64,000 bases of DNA from an uncultured Candidatus Rokubacteria bacterium. GTDB taxonomy: Bacteria; Methylomirabilota; Methylomirabilia; Rokubacteriales; DASRDR01. Below the pieces are notes generated by a model. That model was not told where the DNA came from. It ran no database searches and saw only the letters and a program-made list of their open reading frames with translations. The stretch covers positions 96,001 through 160,000 of the forward strand of contig CAVPSB010000032.1 of the NCBI GenBank assembly GCA_963708025.1. The letters run 5' to 3'. Within the stretch, counting starts at the first letter, position 1; each line of letters starts with the position of its first letter. A program made the translations under genes and the position numbers. Positions 33,159-46,343 of the stretch are shown one piece after another.

Positions 33159-33858
33159 CTACAGCGATCCTTTGGTCGAGAGGACGCCCTGGATGCGCGG
33201 ATTGAGTCGCGACGCCTCGGCCAGCGCCCGGCCGAAGCTCTTGAAGATCGCCTCCGCGATGTGGTGGACGTTCTCGCCGTAGTGGAGGTTCACGTGGAGG
33301 TTCACCAGCGCGTTCATGGCGAACGCGCGGAAGAAGTCCTTCAGGAGGTCGAGGTCGAAATTCCCGACCTTGGTCTTGGCCAGCGGCACGTTGTACGAGA
33401 AGTACGGCCGGCCCGAGATGTCGATGTGCACCGCCGCCAGGGCCTCGTCCATCGGCACGTACGACGTCCCGAAGCGGACGATCCCACGCTTCTCGCCGAG
33501 CGCCTCGTGGAACGCCTTGCCGAGGCAGATCCCGACATCCTCCACCGTGTGGTGGAGGTCCACGTCGGTGTCGCCCCGGGCGTCCACCTTCAGGTCGAGG
33601 AGCCCGTGCTTGCCCATCGCCTCCAGCATGTGGTTCAGGAACGGGATGGTCGTCTGCGCCGACGACTCACCGATCCCGTCGACGTTGAGCTGAAGCAGGA
33701 TCTCCGTCTCCCGGGTCTTCCGCTCGATCCGGGCCACCCGGCCCACGGCCGGCACGGCGCCGTTGCCGCCGCCACCGGGCCGTTGCCGCCGCCCCGGCGC
33801 CGCCGGCCGCCCCCGGACCCCCGCCCCCCCCGCCACGTCGCCGCCGTCGCCGTGCCAT
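33159..33858 (-). CDS. hisB: Imidazoleglycerol-phosphate dehydratase (start uncertain; ATG 33858 needs a 1-bp fix in a G8 run)
   Basis: RKTRETEI, DLHHTVED, PMDEAL, HHIAEAIFK, STKGSL; GGAGG upstream of ATG 33858. Confidence 0.93.
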
Positions 33859-33859
33859 G

Positions 33860-35164
33860 TCAGTGGTCCTCCTCCCGCGGCTCCACGCGCCGGCGGGCCG
33901 CCTCGCTGTGCGCCTGAAGCCCCTCGGCCGCCGCCAGCCGCGCCAGGTGCGGCCAGGCGGCCCGGAGTCCGGCCGGAGTGTAGTGGACGAGGTTCGAGCG
34001 CTTGACGAAGTCCTCCACCGAGAGCCCCGAGGCGAACCGGGCGGTGGCGCCGGTGGGCAGGACGTGGTTGGGTCCCGCCAGGTAGTCCCCGACGACCTCG
34101 GGGGTGTGCGGGCCCAGAAAGATCGCGCCCGCGTGGCGGACGGCCGCGAGCCACCCGAAGGGGTCGGCCACCGCCAGCTCGAGGTGCTCGGGGGCGAGGC
34201 GGTTGGCGATCTCCACCGCCTCCGCCAGATCGCGGGTCACGACCACCGCGCCGTGGTCCCGGACGGCGGCCGAGGCGATCTCGGCGCGCAGGAGGCGCGG
34301 GCACTGGCGGGCCACCTCCGCCCGCACCGCCTCCGCGACCGCCGGGGCATCGGTCAGGCACACCACGCGCGCCAGCGCGTCGTGCTCGGCCTGGGCGAGG
34401 AGGTCGGCGGCGACGTGGCCCGGATCCGCCGTCCGGTCGGCCACCACGACGACCTCGCTGGGGCCGGCGATCGTGTCGATGCCGACCTCGCCGAAGACCA
34501 GCCGCTTGGCCAGGGCCACGTAGATGTTGCCCGGGCCGACGATCTTGTCCACCCGCCGGATGCTGGCGGTGCCGTACGCGAGGGCGGCGATGGCCTGGGC
34601 CCCGCCGGCCTTGTAGGCCTCGGTGGCGCCGGCCAGCCGGGCCGCCGCCAGCACGACCGGGTTCAGCCGGCCGTCGGGCCCGGGCGGGGAGACGACCACG
34701 AGCTCGCGAACGCCCGCCACCCGGGCCGGGATCAGATTCATGAGGACGGTTGACGGGTAGGCCGCGCTCCCGCCCGGCACGTAACAGCCGACGCGGTCGA
34801 GCGGCGTCACCTGCTGGCCGAGGAGCGAGCCGTGCTCGTCCCGGACCCACCAGGAGCGTGGGAGCTGGTGACGGTGAAACGCTTCGATCCGCCGGGCCGC
34901 CTCGACCAGCGCCCCCTCGAGGTCGGCCGGCACCGCCGCCGCGTCCCACTCAGCCTCCGAGACGCGCAGCTCCTCGACGGAAAGCTCGACGCCGTCGAAG
35001 CGCTTGGTCAGCTCGACGAGCGCGGCATCGCCCTGGCGACGGACGTCGTCCACGATCGCCGCCACCCGGGCCAGCAGGTCGGGCGCCGCCGCGCCGTGCG
35101 GTCGCGCCAGCGCCGCCACCACGCCCTCGAGCCCGAGGTCCCCGGTCGCCAGCAGGCGGATCAC
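33860..35164 (-). CDS. hisD: Histidinol dehydrogenase
   Basis: [39 protein letters not shown] overlaps the hisG stop. Confidence 0.97.
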   Translation of the reverse strand: MIRLLATGDLGLEGVVAALARPHGAAAPDLLARVAAIVDDVRRQGDAALVELTKRFDGVELSVEELRVSEAEWDAAAVPADLEGALVEAARRIEAFHRHQLPRSWWVRDEHGSLLGQQVTPLDRVGCYVPGGSAAYPSTVLMNLIPARVAGVRELVVVSPPGPDGRLNPVVLAAARLAGATEAYKAGGAQAIAALAYGTASIRRVDKIVGPGNIYVALAKRLVFGEVGIDTIAGPSEVVVVADRTADPGHVAADLLAQAEHDALARVVCLTDAPAVAEAVRAEVARQCPRLLRAEIASAAVRDHGAVVVTRDLAEAVEIANRLAPEHLELAVADPFGWLAAVRHAGAIFLGPHTPEVVGDYLAGPNHVLPTGATARFASGLSVEDFVKRSNLVHYTPAGLRAAWPHLARLAAAEGLQAHSEAARRRVEPREEDH

Positions 35165-35811
35165 CGGGCCGCCCCCGCGCGGAGCTCCTCCAGGACCCGG
35201 CCCACGGCCCGGTAGGCGGTCTTCTGCGACGCCCGGTTCACGATCAGCCGGGCGGTGGACTGCATGATCTCCGCCACCTCGACGAGGCCATTGGCCCGCA
35301 GCGTCTCCCCCGACTGGACGAGGTCCACGATGCGCTCGGCCAGCCCGACCAGCGGCGCCAGCTCGATGGAGCCGTCCAGACGGACGACCTCGACCTGGAT
35401 CCCGCGGTCCGCGAAGTACCGGCGCGCGAGGTTCGGGTACTTGGTCGCCACGCGCACCCAGGACCACTTGCTCGGGTCGTCCCGCTCCCACAGGGCGCGC
35501 GGCTCCGCGACGACCAGCCGGCAGTGCCCGAAGCCCAGGTCGAGCGGCTCGTAGACGTCGGGCTCCTGCTCCTCGAGCACGTCCTTGCCGACGATGCCCA
35601 GGTCGGCGGCGCCGTACTCGACGTAGGTCGGCACGTCCATGGGCTTGAGGATGAGGAACCGGAGCCCCCGCGCCGCGTCGGCGAAGATCAGCTTGCGGGA
35701 CTCGTCGGGCAGGATCCCGTCGAGGCCCGCCCGCCCGAGGAGCTCCAGGGCGGGCCGGAGGAGCCGGCCCTTCGGGAGCGCCAGGGTCAGTGGCCGGGCC
35801 GGGTCGGTCAT
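35161..35811 (-). CDS. hisG: ATP phosphoribosyltransferase, short form (216 aa)
   Basis: LALPKGRL, DLGIVGKD, ATKYP, IVDLVQSGETLRANGL; no C-terminal regulatory domain. Confidence 0.96.
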   Translation of the reverse strand: MTDPARPLTLALPKGRLLRPALELLGRAGLDGILPDESRKLIFADAARGLRFLILKPMDVPTYVEYGAADLGIVGKDVLEEQEPDVYEPLDLGFGHCRLVVAEPRALWERDDPSKWSWVRVATKYPNLARRYFADRGIQVEVVRLDGSIELAPLVGLAERIVDLVQSGETLRANGLVEVAEIMQSTARLIVNRASQKTAYRAVGRVLEELRAGAAR

Positions 35812-35813
35812 TC

Positions 35814-36372
35814 GAGTCCACCCCCACCCCCGACCCCTCCCCACCCGCCGGGGGGAGGGGGGGCGCCCCGCCACCCCAACACGGTACGCGATCGGCGATG
35901 CGAGCGGGTTGCCACAGGGTGCCTCATCTGGAGCCCACCCCCGACCCCTCCCCACCCGCCGGGGGAGGGGGGGCGCCCCGCCACCCCAACACGGTACGCG
36001 ATCGGCGATGCGAGCGGGTTGCCACAGGGTGCCTCATCTGGAGCCCACCCCCGACCCCTCCCCACCCGCCGGGGGGAGGGGGGGCGCCCCGCCACCCCAA
36101 CGCGGTACGCGATCGGCGGTGCGAGCGGGTTGCCACAGGGTGCCTCATCTGGAGCCCACCCCCGACCCCTCCCCACCCGCCGGGGGGAGGGGGGGCGCCC
36201 CGCCACCCCAACGCGGTACGCGATCGGCGGTGCGAGCGGGTTGCCACAGGGTGCCTCATCTGGAGTCCACCCCCACCCCCGACCCCTCCCCACCCGCCGG
36301 GGGGAGGGGGGGCGCCCCGCGTTTCCGACGCGGTACGAGGCCGGGGAAGCCAGAGGGCTGGCACGTCGTGTC
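35814..36372. repeat. Tandem array: four near-identical ~111-bp units plus one diverged unit
   Basis: CGGTACG anchor at ~35882, 35992, 36103, 36214 and 36331; each unit carries a CCCCTCCCC/GGGGAGGGG hairpin. Confidence 0.95.
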
Positions 36373-37626
<1,254 letters not shown>

Positions 37627-38514
37627 CTACCGCACCCCCACGTCCAGCACGCGCTCGTATCCCGCCAGATCCCGGTGGAATCCGGGGGGGCGGTACCGCG
37701 GGTCCGCCGACAGTCGCGCCCGGAGCCGCTCGGCCTGGTCGTGGCCGATCTCCAGCAGGACGCGTCCCTCGGGGACGGTGAACCCGGGTGCCTCGTCGAG
37801 GATACGCGTCGCGACCGCCAGCCCGTCGGGTCCGCCGTCGAGCGCCGGCGCCGGCTCCCAGTCGCGGACCTCCGCCGGCAGCGTGGCCAGCGTCGGCCGG
37901 GCGAGGTAGGGCGGGTTGGCGACCACCAGATCGCAGCGTCCGGCCAGGTCGAGTCCGGCCAGGGGGGCGAACAGATCTCCCTCCAGGACGCGGACGCGGC
38001 CGGCCAGCCCGAGGCATTCCACGTTGGCCCGGGCGAAGCGCGCGGCCAGGGGCGACAGCTCGACGGCCCACACGGTGAGGTCGGGGCGCCGAGCCGCGAG
38101 GGCGCACGCCACGACACCGGAGCCCGCGCAGAGGTCGAGGGCCACGCCCGGCGCCCGGGGCGCGACGGCCAGCGCGCGCTCCACGAGCAACTCGGTCTCG
38201 GGCCGCGGGATGAAGACACCGGGGCCGACCGCGATCCGGAGCCCCAGGAACTCTTCGGCGCCCAGGAGGTATTGGAGAGGCTCGTGGCCCGCCCGCCGCG
38301 CCAGCAGCGCCTCGAATCCGGCGATCGCCGACGGCTCGATCTCGCGATCGGGCTCGACGTGGAGCGCCAGGCGGGTGGTGCCGAGCACGTGAGCCAGCAG
38401 CAGCTCCGCGTCCTGGCGCGCGGTGGCGATGCTCGCGTCGCGGAGGCGACGCTCCGCCTCCCGGAGCAGTCCCCCGACCCGCGCGCCGGCGCGGCAGAGC
38501 GTCGGGGCTGTCAC
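37627..38514 (-). CDS. prmC: Release factor glutamine methyltransferase
   Basis: [27 protein letters not shown] overlaps the prfA stop. Confidence 0.95.
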   Translation of the reverse strand: MTAPTLCRAGARVGGLLREAERRLRDASIATARQDAELLLAHVLGTTRLALHVEPDREIEPSAIAGFEALLARRAGHEPLQYLLGAEEFLGLRIAVGPGVFIPRPETELLVERALAVAPRAPGVALDLCAGSGVVACALAARRPDLTVWAVELSPLAARFARANVECLGLAGRVRVLEGDLFAPLAGLDLAGRCDLVVANPPYLARPTLATLPAEVRDWEPAPALDGGPDGLAVATRILDEAPGFTVPEGRVLLEIGHDQAERLRARLSADPRYRPPGFHRDLAGYERVLDVGVR

Positions 38515-39591
38515 GGAACCACCGACTCGAGCTGGGCCGCCCGCTCCGATTCGGCGAGCGCGGCGATCAGCTCGTCGAGGTCGCCCTCCAGGACGTCCGG
38601 CAGCCGGTGCAGTGTGACGCCGATCCGGTGATCGGTGACCCGGCCCTGGGGGAAGTTGTAGGTGCGGATCCGTTCGCTGCCGCTCCCCGGTGCCGACCTG
38701 GCTCTTGCGATCGGCCGCGATCTGGCAGCGTTGCTCCTCCTGGGCTCGCTCGAGGAGGCGGGCGCGCAGGACGCGCAGCGCCTTCGCCCGGTTCTTGATC
38801 TGGGAGCGCTCGTCCTGGCAGGTCACGACCAGTCCGGTCGGCAGGTGGGTGATGCGCACCGCGGAGTCGGTCGTGTTGACGCCCTGCCCGCCCGGGACCG
38901 GAGGAGCGGTAGACGTTGACCTTGAGGTCCTTCTCCTCGACCTGGATGTCCACGTCCTCGGCCTCGGGGAGAACGGCCACGGTGACGGTCGACGTGTGGA
39001 TGCGCCCGGCCGACTCGGTGACCGGGACGCGCTGCACGCGGTGGACGCCGCCGCTCGAACTTCAGCCGGCTCCAGGCCCCTTTGCCGTGGATGGCGAAGA
39101 TGATCTCCTTGAAGCCGCCCTGCCCCGTCGGGTGGCTGTCGATCACCTCGACCCGCCAGCCCTTGGCGCTCGGCGTACTTCGTGTACATCCGGGCCAGCT
39201 CGGCGGCGAACAGGGCGGCCTCGTCGCCCCCGGCACCGGCGCGGATCTCGACGAAGACGCTCTTCTCGTCGGCGGGATCCTTGGGGAGGAGCAGGTCCCG
39301 CAGGCGCCGCTCGAGGGTCGTCTCGCGGTCGCGGAGGACGAGCAATTCGCCTTCGGCGAGCTCGCGCAGCTCCGGATCGGCGTCCTCGGAGAGGATCTGG
39401 TTGGCCTGCTCGATCATCTCGAGGTAGCGCTTGTACTCGCGGAACGCCGAGACGGTCTCTTCCAAGTCGGCCCGAGCCTTGGCGAGCTTCGCGTACTCGG
39501 TCCGCGCACCCCCCGGCTGGCCAGCCGTCTCGGCGAGCTGCTGGCCCAGCTCTTCGTACCGATTCTCGATCGCCCGCAGCTTGTCGAACAC
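38511..39591 (-). CDS. prfA: Peptide chain release factor 1 (about four 1-bp insertions, probable read errors)
   Basis: Reconstructed across frames: [17 protein letters not shown] (PxT), [23 protein letters not shown]. Confidence 0.93.
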
Positions 39592-39714
39592 GCTCAGGGC
39601 CTCGCCGGGGTCACCGGACGTGACGGTCGGGTCGCATTCGAGACGGGGGTACGCGGAGACATCCCGGCCGCGCCCAGGTGCGCCCCGCGCCCGCAGCCGA
39701 GCGCGGGGTCGCCG

Positions 39715-39930
39715 TTACGGCTGCGCCTGCGGCTTCCGACCGTATTTCCGCTGGAAGCGCTCGATCCGCCCCGCGGTGTCCACCAGCTTCTGCTTGCCCG
39801 TGTAGAAGGGGTGGCACTTCGAGCAGATCTCGACCCGGACGCCGGGGCGCGTGGATCGGGTCTGGATGATCTCACCGCAGGCGCAGGTGATGGTGGTCTC
39901 GACATACTCAGGATGGATGGCCGCCTTCAC
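39715..39930 (-). CDS. rpmE: 50S ribosomal protein L31 (zinc-binding type)
   Basis: [28 protein letters not shown] start after GGAGGA. Confidence 0.96.
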   Translation of the reverse strand: MKAAIHPEYVETTITCACGEIIQTRSTRPGVRVEICSKCHPFYTGKQKLVDTAGRIERFQRKYGRKPQAQP

Positions 39931-39967
39931 GTAAGTCCTCCCGAAAAAGGAGAATGAGAACGCGCCC

Positions 39968-39996
39968 ATGATACCACAGGGCCCGTCACCCGGCAA
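39968..39996 (-). promoter_or_regulatory. Sigma70-type promoter of rpmE-prfA
   Basis: TTGCCG-17 nt-TATCAT with TG extended -10. Confidence 0.65.
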
Positions 39997-40073
39997 GGAA
40001 CCGCGCCCGGCCAATCGCGATCTTCGCTCCCGGGCTGGCCGACACCAGGTGCGCGGCCTGCGAGCGACCCGTC

Positions 40074-40153
40074 CGAGCGGCGGCTTCGCCGCCGGCCCAC
40101 CGCCCGACCCGAAAAAGGGGGCATCGGGAGGGGCTTCCGAGACCCCCCCGAAG
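40074..40153. repeat. Family C hairpin repeat immediately after the rho stop
   Basis: GGGGGCATCGGGAGGGGCTTCCGAGACCCCCCCGAAG, nearly identical to 51020-51058. Confidence 0.8.
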
Positions 40154-40156
40154 AAG

Positions 40157-41536
<1,380 letters not shown>

Positions 41537-41621
41537 GGTTGAGAATCGCTCCTTTGAGATACCGCGTGGCGAGGACCGTCAGGGGATTGCGCTTCAGGCG
41601 GCGTCACACTCAGCCTGGCCA

Positions 41622-41651
41622 TGTATAGCATTCGGCCGGGAGCCTTGTCAA
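41622..41651 (-). promoter_or_regulatory. Sigma70-type promoter of rho
   Basis: TTGACA-18 nt-TATACA with TG extended -10. Confidence 0.7.
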
Positions 41652-41767
41652 GGAGTTGGCGCGAGGATCGGCCTCCCGCGGCGACGTCCCCCGAGTCGGA
41701 AGCGCGTCCGGATGGCGGCGGCCGGACCGCGGCGGTCGGCGGTCGGACCGCTGCGACCAGACCCCGG

Positions 41768-42820
41768 TCACAGCCGCTCCGCGATCAGCGCGCGCTGGCG
41801 GAGCCCCTGGAGCCACTCCTCCAGCCGCTCCTGCGCTTTCTTCTGGACCAGGATGTCCCGGGCCTGCTGGCGGAACTGACCCAGCATCTCGGGAGTCAGC
41901 TCCTCGCGCTCCTCGATCTGAAACAGGTGGAAGCCGTTCTCCGACTTGATGGGCGCGGTCACCTCGCCCTTCCGGAGCTTCAGCATCGGCTCCTCGAAGA
42001 CGCTGGCCAGCTCCCCGCGGGCCAGCCAGCCGAGGTCCCCTCCGGCGGCGGCCGACCCGTCCTGCGAGTACTGCCGGGCCAGGTCGGCGAAGTCCCCCCC
42101 CTGCTGCAGCTTCGCGACGATCTGGTTGACCTCGGTCTTGGCCTTCTCCCAGGCCGCCGGCGAGTTGGGCGGCTGGGCGAGCACCGCGATGTGGCGTGGG
42201 TGGATCTTCAGATCGGCCTCGAACTTGCCCCGGTTCTCGGCGACGTAGGCCTCGACCTCGCCGGGTGTCACGGTGGCCTTGCGCCCGATACGGCGGGCGC
42301 GGATCCGCTGGGCCAGCATCGAGTCGCGCATGTCGCGCTTGATGATGTCCCAGCTCAGGCCCTGGGCGCGCAGCTGCTCCTCGATGTGGGCGCGGTCCCC
42401 GCCGTTTCGCTTCACGAAGTCGTCCATGACCGCCGTTAGCTCCTCCTCCGGCACCTCGACCTTGTCGCGCCGGGCCTCCTGCACCTGCAGCCGGTGGTTG
42501 ACCATGCGGGCCAGGACCCTCTGGATGAACCGGTCGCGCTCGACGCCGGCCGCCGGCACCACTTCCTTGTTCTCCCGGACGTACAGGACCACGGCTTCCT
42601 GCAGCTCCGACATCGTGATGACTTCCTCGTTCACCACGGCGACCACGCGCTCGACCACCGCCTGGTCGTCGGGCACCTTCGGGGCGGCACCGGGAGGCAG
42701 CATGACGGAGCCGGCATCGGCCGGAATCGGCGGCAGCTTCGGCGGGGCGCCCTTGCAGCCGGCGAGGCCGGGCACCACCAGCAGGCAGGTGATCGCGAGG
42801 CGTCCGAGTCGTCCCATCAT
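41768..42820 (-). CDS. SurA-like parvulin peptidyl-prolyl isomerase, lipoprotein
   Basis: LAGC lipobox, VVAVVNEEVIT (SurA N-term), FADLARQYSQD, GGDLGW, GFHL. Confidence 0.88.
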   Translation of the reverse strand: MMGRLGRLAITCLLVVPGLAGCKGAPPKLPPIPADAGSVMLPPGAAPKVPDDQAVVERVVAVVNEEVITMSELQEAVVLYVRENKEVVPAAGVERDRFIQRVLARMVNHRLQVQEARRDKVEVPEEELTAVMDDFVKRNGGDRAHIEEQLRAQGLSWDIIKRDMRDSMLAQRIRARRIGRKATVTPGEVEAYVAENRGKFEADLKIHPRHIAVLAQPPNSPAAWEKAKTEVNQIVAKLQQGGDFADLARQYSQDGSAAAGGDLGWLARGELASVFEEPMLKLRKGEVTAPIKSENGFHLFQIEEREELTPEMLGQFRQQARDILVQKKAQERLEEWLQGLRQRALIAERL

Positions 42821-42950
42821 GGCGGCCCTCCCAGAAAGCCCAGTCAACTCGGCAGGTTCATCCGACAGCCCGCTCGTCGAAGCGTTTTCCACCCGGCGCC
42901 CGGCGCGACCGGTCGGGCCGGGCCCTCCCCGGTCCCGCGCTCGACCGCAT

Positions 42951-45900
42951 TCACCCCGCCAGTTCCCTCAGGAGCTTCGCGAGGGCCGCGTGCACCTCCC
43001 GCCAGGCCGCCGCCGGGATGGTGGCCTGGAGGACGAACTCCCGCACGAGCTTGAGGCGCTTGGGCTGCGTCCGGAGCAGGCTCAGCAGCCGGTCCGGCGC
43101 GACCGGTGTCCCGGTCGCGAAGGTGATGAGCGCCCGGCCCCCGCGCGCCTCCAGCTTCTCGATGCGCAAGGCTCGGGCCGTGACACGAAGGCCGACCACG
43201 TCGAGGAGCTGGGTGGCGGCGTCGGGCAGCGGACCGAAGCGGTCGGCCAGCTCCGCCCGCGCCTCCTCGATCTCGGCGAACGACCGGAGGCCGGCCAGGC
43301 GCTTGTAGAGCGCGAGGCGCTGCCCGGGCTCCTCCACGTACGCCTCCGGCAGGTACGCGGCGACCTCCACCGTCACCACCGGATCCAGCTCCTCCTCGAC
43401 TGGCTCGCCCTTCTGCTCGCGCACGGCCTGATCGAGGAGCTTCATGTACAGGTCGAACCCGACCGCCTCGATCTGCCCGTGCTGCTCGGCCCCGAGCAGG
43501 TTGCCCGCCCCCCGGATCTCCAGGTCGCGCAGGGCGACCTTCAGCCCGGAGCCGAGCTCGGTCAGCTCCTGGACCACCCGCAGGCGCTTGGCAGCCGTGT
43601 CGTCCACGCGCCCATCGGCCGGGATCAGGAGGTACGCATAGGCCTGCAGCCGATCGCGGCCGACCCGGCCGCGGAGCTGGTAGAGCTGGGCCAGCCCGAG
43701 CCGATCCGCCCGATTGATGATGATCGTGTTCGAGGCCGGAATGTCGAGCCCCGACTCCACGATCGCGGTGGAGACCAGCACGTCGTACTCGCCCGCGACG
43801 TACTTCGTCATCGTCCGCTCGAGCGCCACCTCGGGCATCTGGCCGTGGGCCATCGCGATGCGGGCCCGGGGGACGAGGCGCTGGATCAGCCGGGCCAGGG
43901 CCGGCAGCGACTGGATCCGGTTGTGAACCACGAACACCTGGCCGCCGCGGGCCAGCTCCCGCTCCACCGCGTCCTTGATCACGTTGGCGTCGAACCGGCA
44001 CACGACGGTCTCGACGGCGCGCCGGTCGGCGGGCGGCGTCTCGATGACCGACAGGTCGCGGATCCCCGACAGCGCCATCGACAGCGTGCGGGGGATCGGC
44101 GTCGCGGTCAGGGTGACCACGTGCACCGTCTTCCGGAGCTGCTTGAGCCGTTCCTTGTGGGTGACGCCGAAGCGGTGCTCCTCGTCCACGATCAGGAGGC
44201 CGAGGTCCTTGAAGGCGACATCCTTCGAGAGGAGCCGGTGGGTCCCGATGACCACGTCGACCGTCCCGTTCGCCAGCCCGGCCAGCACGGCCTTCTGCTC
44301 CTTGGGGGTGCGGAACCGCGAGAGCATCTCCACTCGGACCGGGTAGGAAACGAGGCGATCCCGGAAGGTCGTCCAGTGCTGCTGGGCCAGGATGGTCGTC
44401 GGCACCAGCATGGCCACCTGGCGGCCGTCGAGGGCGACCTTGAGGGCGGCGCGCATGGCCACCTCGGTCTTCCCGTAGCCCACGTCGCCGCAGACGAGGC
44501 GGTCCATCGGCCGCGGTCGCTCCAGGTCGGCCTTGACCTGGGTGATGGCCTCGAGCTGGTCCGGCGTCTCCTCGTACGGGAAGGCCGCCTCGAACTCGTG
44601 CTGCCACGGGGTGTCGGAGCCGACGGCGAAGCCGGAGAGGACCTGGCGGGCGGCGTAGAGCTGCAGCAGGTCGCCGGCGATCTGGCGCACGGCGGCCCGG
44701 ACCGACTCCTTGGTCTTCTGCCAGCTCGTGCCCCCGAGCCTGTCGAGGCGGCCGGCGCCGTCGCCCGCGCCCACGTACTTCGAGATCGCCGCCATCCGCT
44801 GGACGGGCAGGTAGAGGCGGTCGCCCTCGGTGTAGTCGAGCAGCAGGTAGTCGCCCGGCTGGCCGTCGACTGTCAGGGTCACCAGCCCGCCGTAGCGGCC
44901 GATGCCGTGCTCGACGTGAACGACGAGATCGCCGGGAGCGAGGTCGGTGAACGCGCTCAGTCCCGAGCCGCGCTGGTAGGCCGGGCGGCGCCGCCCCGCC
45001 CGCCGCGTGCCGAACAGCTCGGTCTCGGTCAGGCAGACCAGCCCGAGCGCCGGGCACTCGAAGCCCGCGTGGGCGCCGCCCACCACGACGGCCAGGAGCT
45101 CGGGGCCCAGCAGCGTCGGGACGATCGGCCCCTCCAGCTCGTGGTCCTGGAGGATCTCCCGCAGTCGCCCGGCGGTGTGAGGGTCGCCGGCCATGAGCCG
45201 GACGCGGAACCCCTCCGCCCGGTACTCGGCCAGGCGGGCGGCCAGTCGGCGGAACTGGCCACGGAAGCCCTCGACCGAGCGCGTGTCGAGGCGGAACGCC
45301 GCGCTGCCGGCCGGCGCCCCGGCCACCAGGAGGCCGCACTCGACCCGCGGTCGGCCGGCGATCGCGGCGCCGAGGTCGGGCTCGTCGCCGTCGGGCTCCA
45401 GCAGGCTCGGCTCGGTCACCACGACCGGCGCGCCGGCCGGCAGGAAGCCGAGCAGCGTCGCCGAGCCGGCACCCGCCGCCACCATGGGCAGGACGGCGAT
45501 CGATTCCAGGGCCTCCGTCGAGCGCTGGCTGCCCGGGTCGAAGGCGCGGATCGACTCCACCTCGTCGCCGAGGAGCTCGAGCCGCACCGGCGTCGAGCGG
45601 GCGGGCGAGAAGACGTCGACGATCCCGCCCCGGACGCTCCACTGCCCGACCTCGCTCACGGTGGCGACGCGCTCGTAGCCACCCGCGGCCAGGTGCTCCA
45701 CCAGCGCGTCGCGGTCGATGACGTCGCCGACCGCGATCGCGAGGAGCTGCCGGCGCACCGCCTCCGGCGGCGGCAGGGCGCCGGTGGCGCCCCGCGGGCT
45801 CGTGACCAGCCACAGCGGTTCGCCTCGGAGGAGCCGGCCGAGGAGCGCGGCCCGCTCGGCGTCCTCCTCGCGCTCGGCCCCGCCCCGCCAGAGGGCCGCG

Positions 45901-46214
45901 TGAGGCGCGGGGAAGGCGACGATCTGATCGGCGGGCTTGGCCCCGGTCAGGCTGGCGAAGGCGCGGAGGTCGTCAACGGCCTGGGCCGCGGCCGGGCCGG
46001 GCGGCACGACGAGGCAGACCGGGGCGTCCGGCCGGAGCACCCCGACGACGGCGAGCGCCCGGGCGGAGCCCCAGAGGCCTTCGAGCAGGACCCGCCCGGC
46101 CCCCCGGTCGAGGGCCTCCCGGGCACGCGCGAGCTCATCCCACTCGACCAGGGACGACAACGGGGAAGTCAGCAGTGCGGACACAGGCTGGGGTTGGGCG
46201 GGCGACGCCGCCAC
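42951..46214 (-). CDS. mfd: Transcription-repair coupling factor
   Basis: VHVEHGIGRY, GDVGYGKTEV, DEEH, QLRGRVGR; start moved to GTG 46214 because the ORF-track TTG start is a -35 box. Confidence 0.97.
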   Translation of the reverse strand: MAASPAQPQPVSALLTSPLSSLVEWDELARAREALDRGAGRVLLEGLWGSARALAVVGVLRPDAPVCLVVPPGPAAAQAVDDLRAFASLTGAKPADQIVAFPAPHAALWRGGAEREEDAERAALLGRLLRGEPLWLVTSPRGATGALPPPEAVRRQLLAIAVGDVIDRDALVEHLAAGGYERVATVSEVGQWSVRGGIVDVFSPARSTPVRLELLGDEVESIRAFDPGSQRSTEALESIAVLPMVAAGAGSATLLGFLPAGAPVVVTEPSLLEPDGDEPDLGAAIAGRPRVECGLLVAGAPAGSAAFRLDTRSVEGFRGQFRRLAARLAEYRAEGFRVRLMAGDPHTAGRLREILQDHELEGPIVPTLLGPELLAVVVGGAHAGFECPALGLVCLTETELFGTRRAGRRRPAYQRGSGLSAFTDLAPGDLVVHVEHGIGRYGGLVTLTVDGQPGDYLLLDYTEGDRLYLPVQRMAAISKYVGAGDGAGRLDRLGGTSWQKTKESVRAAVRQIAGDLLQLYAARQVLSGFAVGSDTPWQHEFEAAFPYEETPDQLEAITQVKADLERPRPMDRLVCGDVGYGKTEVAMRAALKVALDGRQVAMLVPTTILAQQHWTTFRDRLVSYPVRVEMLSRFRTPKEQKAVLAGLANGTVDVVIGTHRLLSKDVAFKDLGLLIVDEEHRFGVTHKERLKQLRKTVHVVTLTATPIPRTLSMALSGIRDLSVIETPPADRRAVETVVCRFDANVIKDAVERELARGGQVFVVHNRIQSLPALARLIQRLVPRARIAMAHGQMPEVALERTMTKYVAGEYDVLVSTAIVESGLDIPASNTIIINRADRLGLAQLYQLRGRVGRDRLQAYAYLLIPADGRVDDTAAKRLRVVQELTELGSGLKVALRDLEIRGAGNLLGAEQHGQIEAVGFDLYMKLLDQAVREQKGEPVEEELDPVVTVEVAAYLPEAYVEEPGQRLALYKRLAGLRSFAEIEEARAELADRFGPLPDAATQLLDVVGLRVTARALRIEKLEARGGRALITFATGTPVAPDRLLSLLRTQPKRLKLVREFVLQATIPAAAWREVHAALAKLLRELAG

Positions 46215-46221
46215 GCGTTCA

Positions 46222-46250
46222 TGTATACCATCGACACCCGGCACGGTCAA
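46222..46250 (-). promoter_or_regulatory. Sigma70-type promoter of mfd
   Basis: TTGACC-17 nt-TATACA with TG extended -10. Confidence 0.7.
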
Positions 46251-46343
46251 ACGAGCCGGGCGGACCGGTGCTCGCCGATGCCGCGGCTCACGACCGTTGC
46301 GCCGCCGGGCCGGGCCGATCGCGTCGCCACGCCCCGCCTCCGG

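Noticed and set aside
35814-36372. CRISPR array
   Set aside because: Whole 111-bp units are repeated with no unique spacers, and no cas genes are nearby.
37627-39591. 654-aa PrfA-PrmC fusion or programmed frameshift
   Set aside because: The fusion arises from several indels. prfA has its own stop at 38511 overlapping the prmC GTG. Programmed frameshifting is a prfB feature, and this protein has the RF1 PxT motif.
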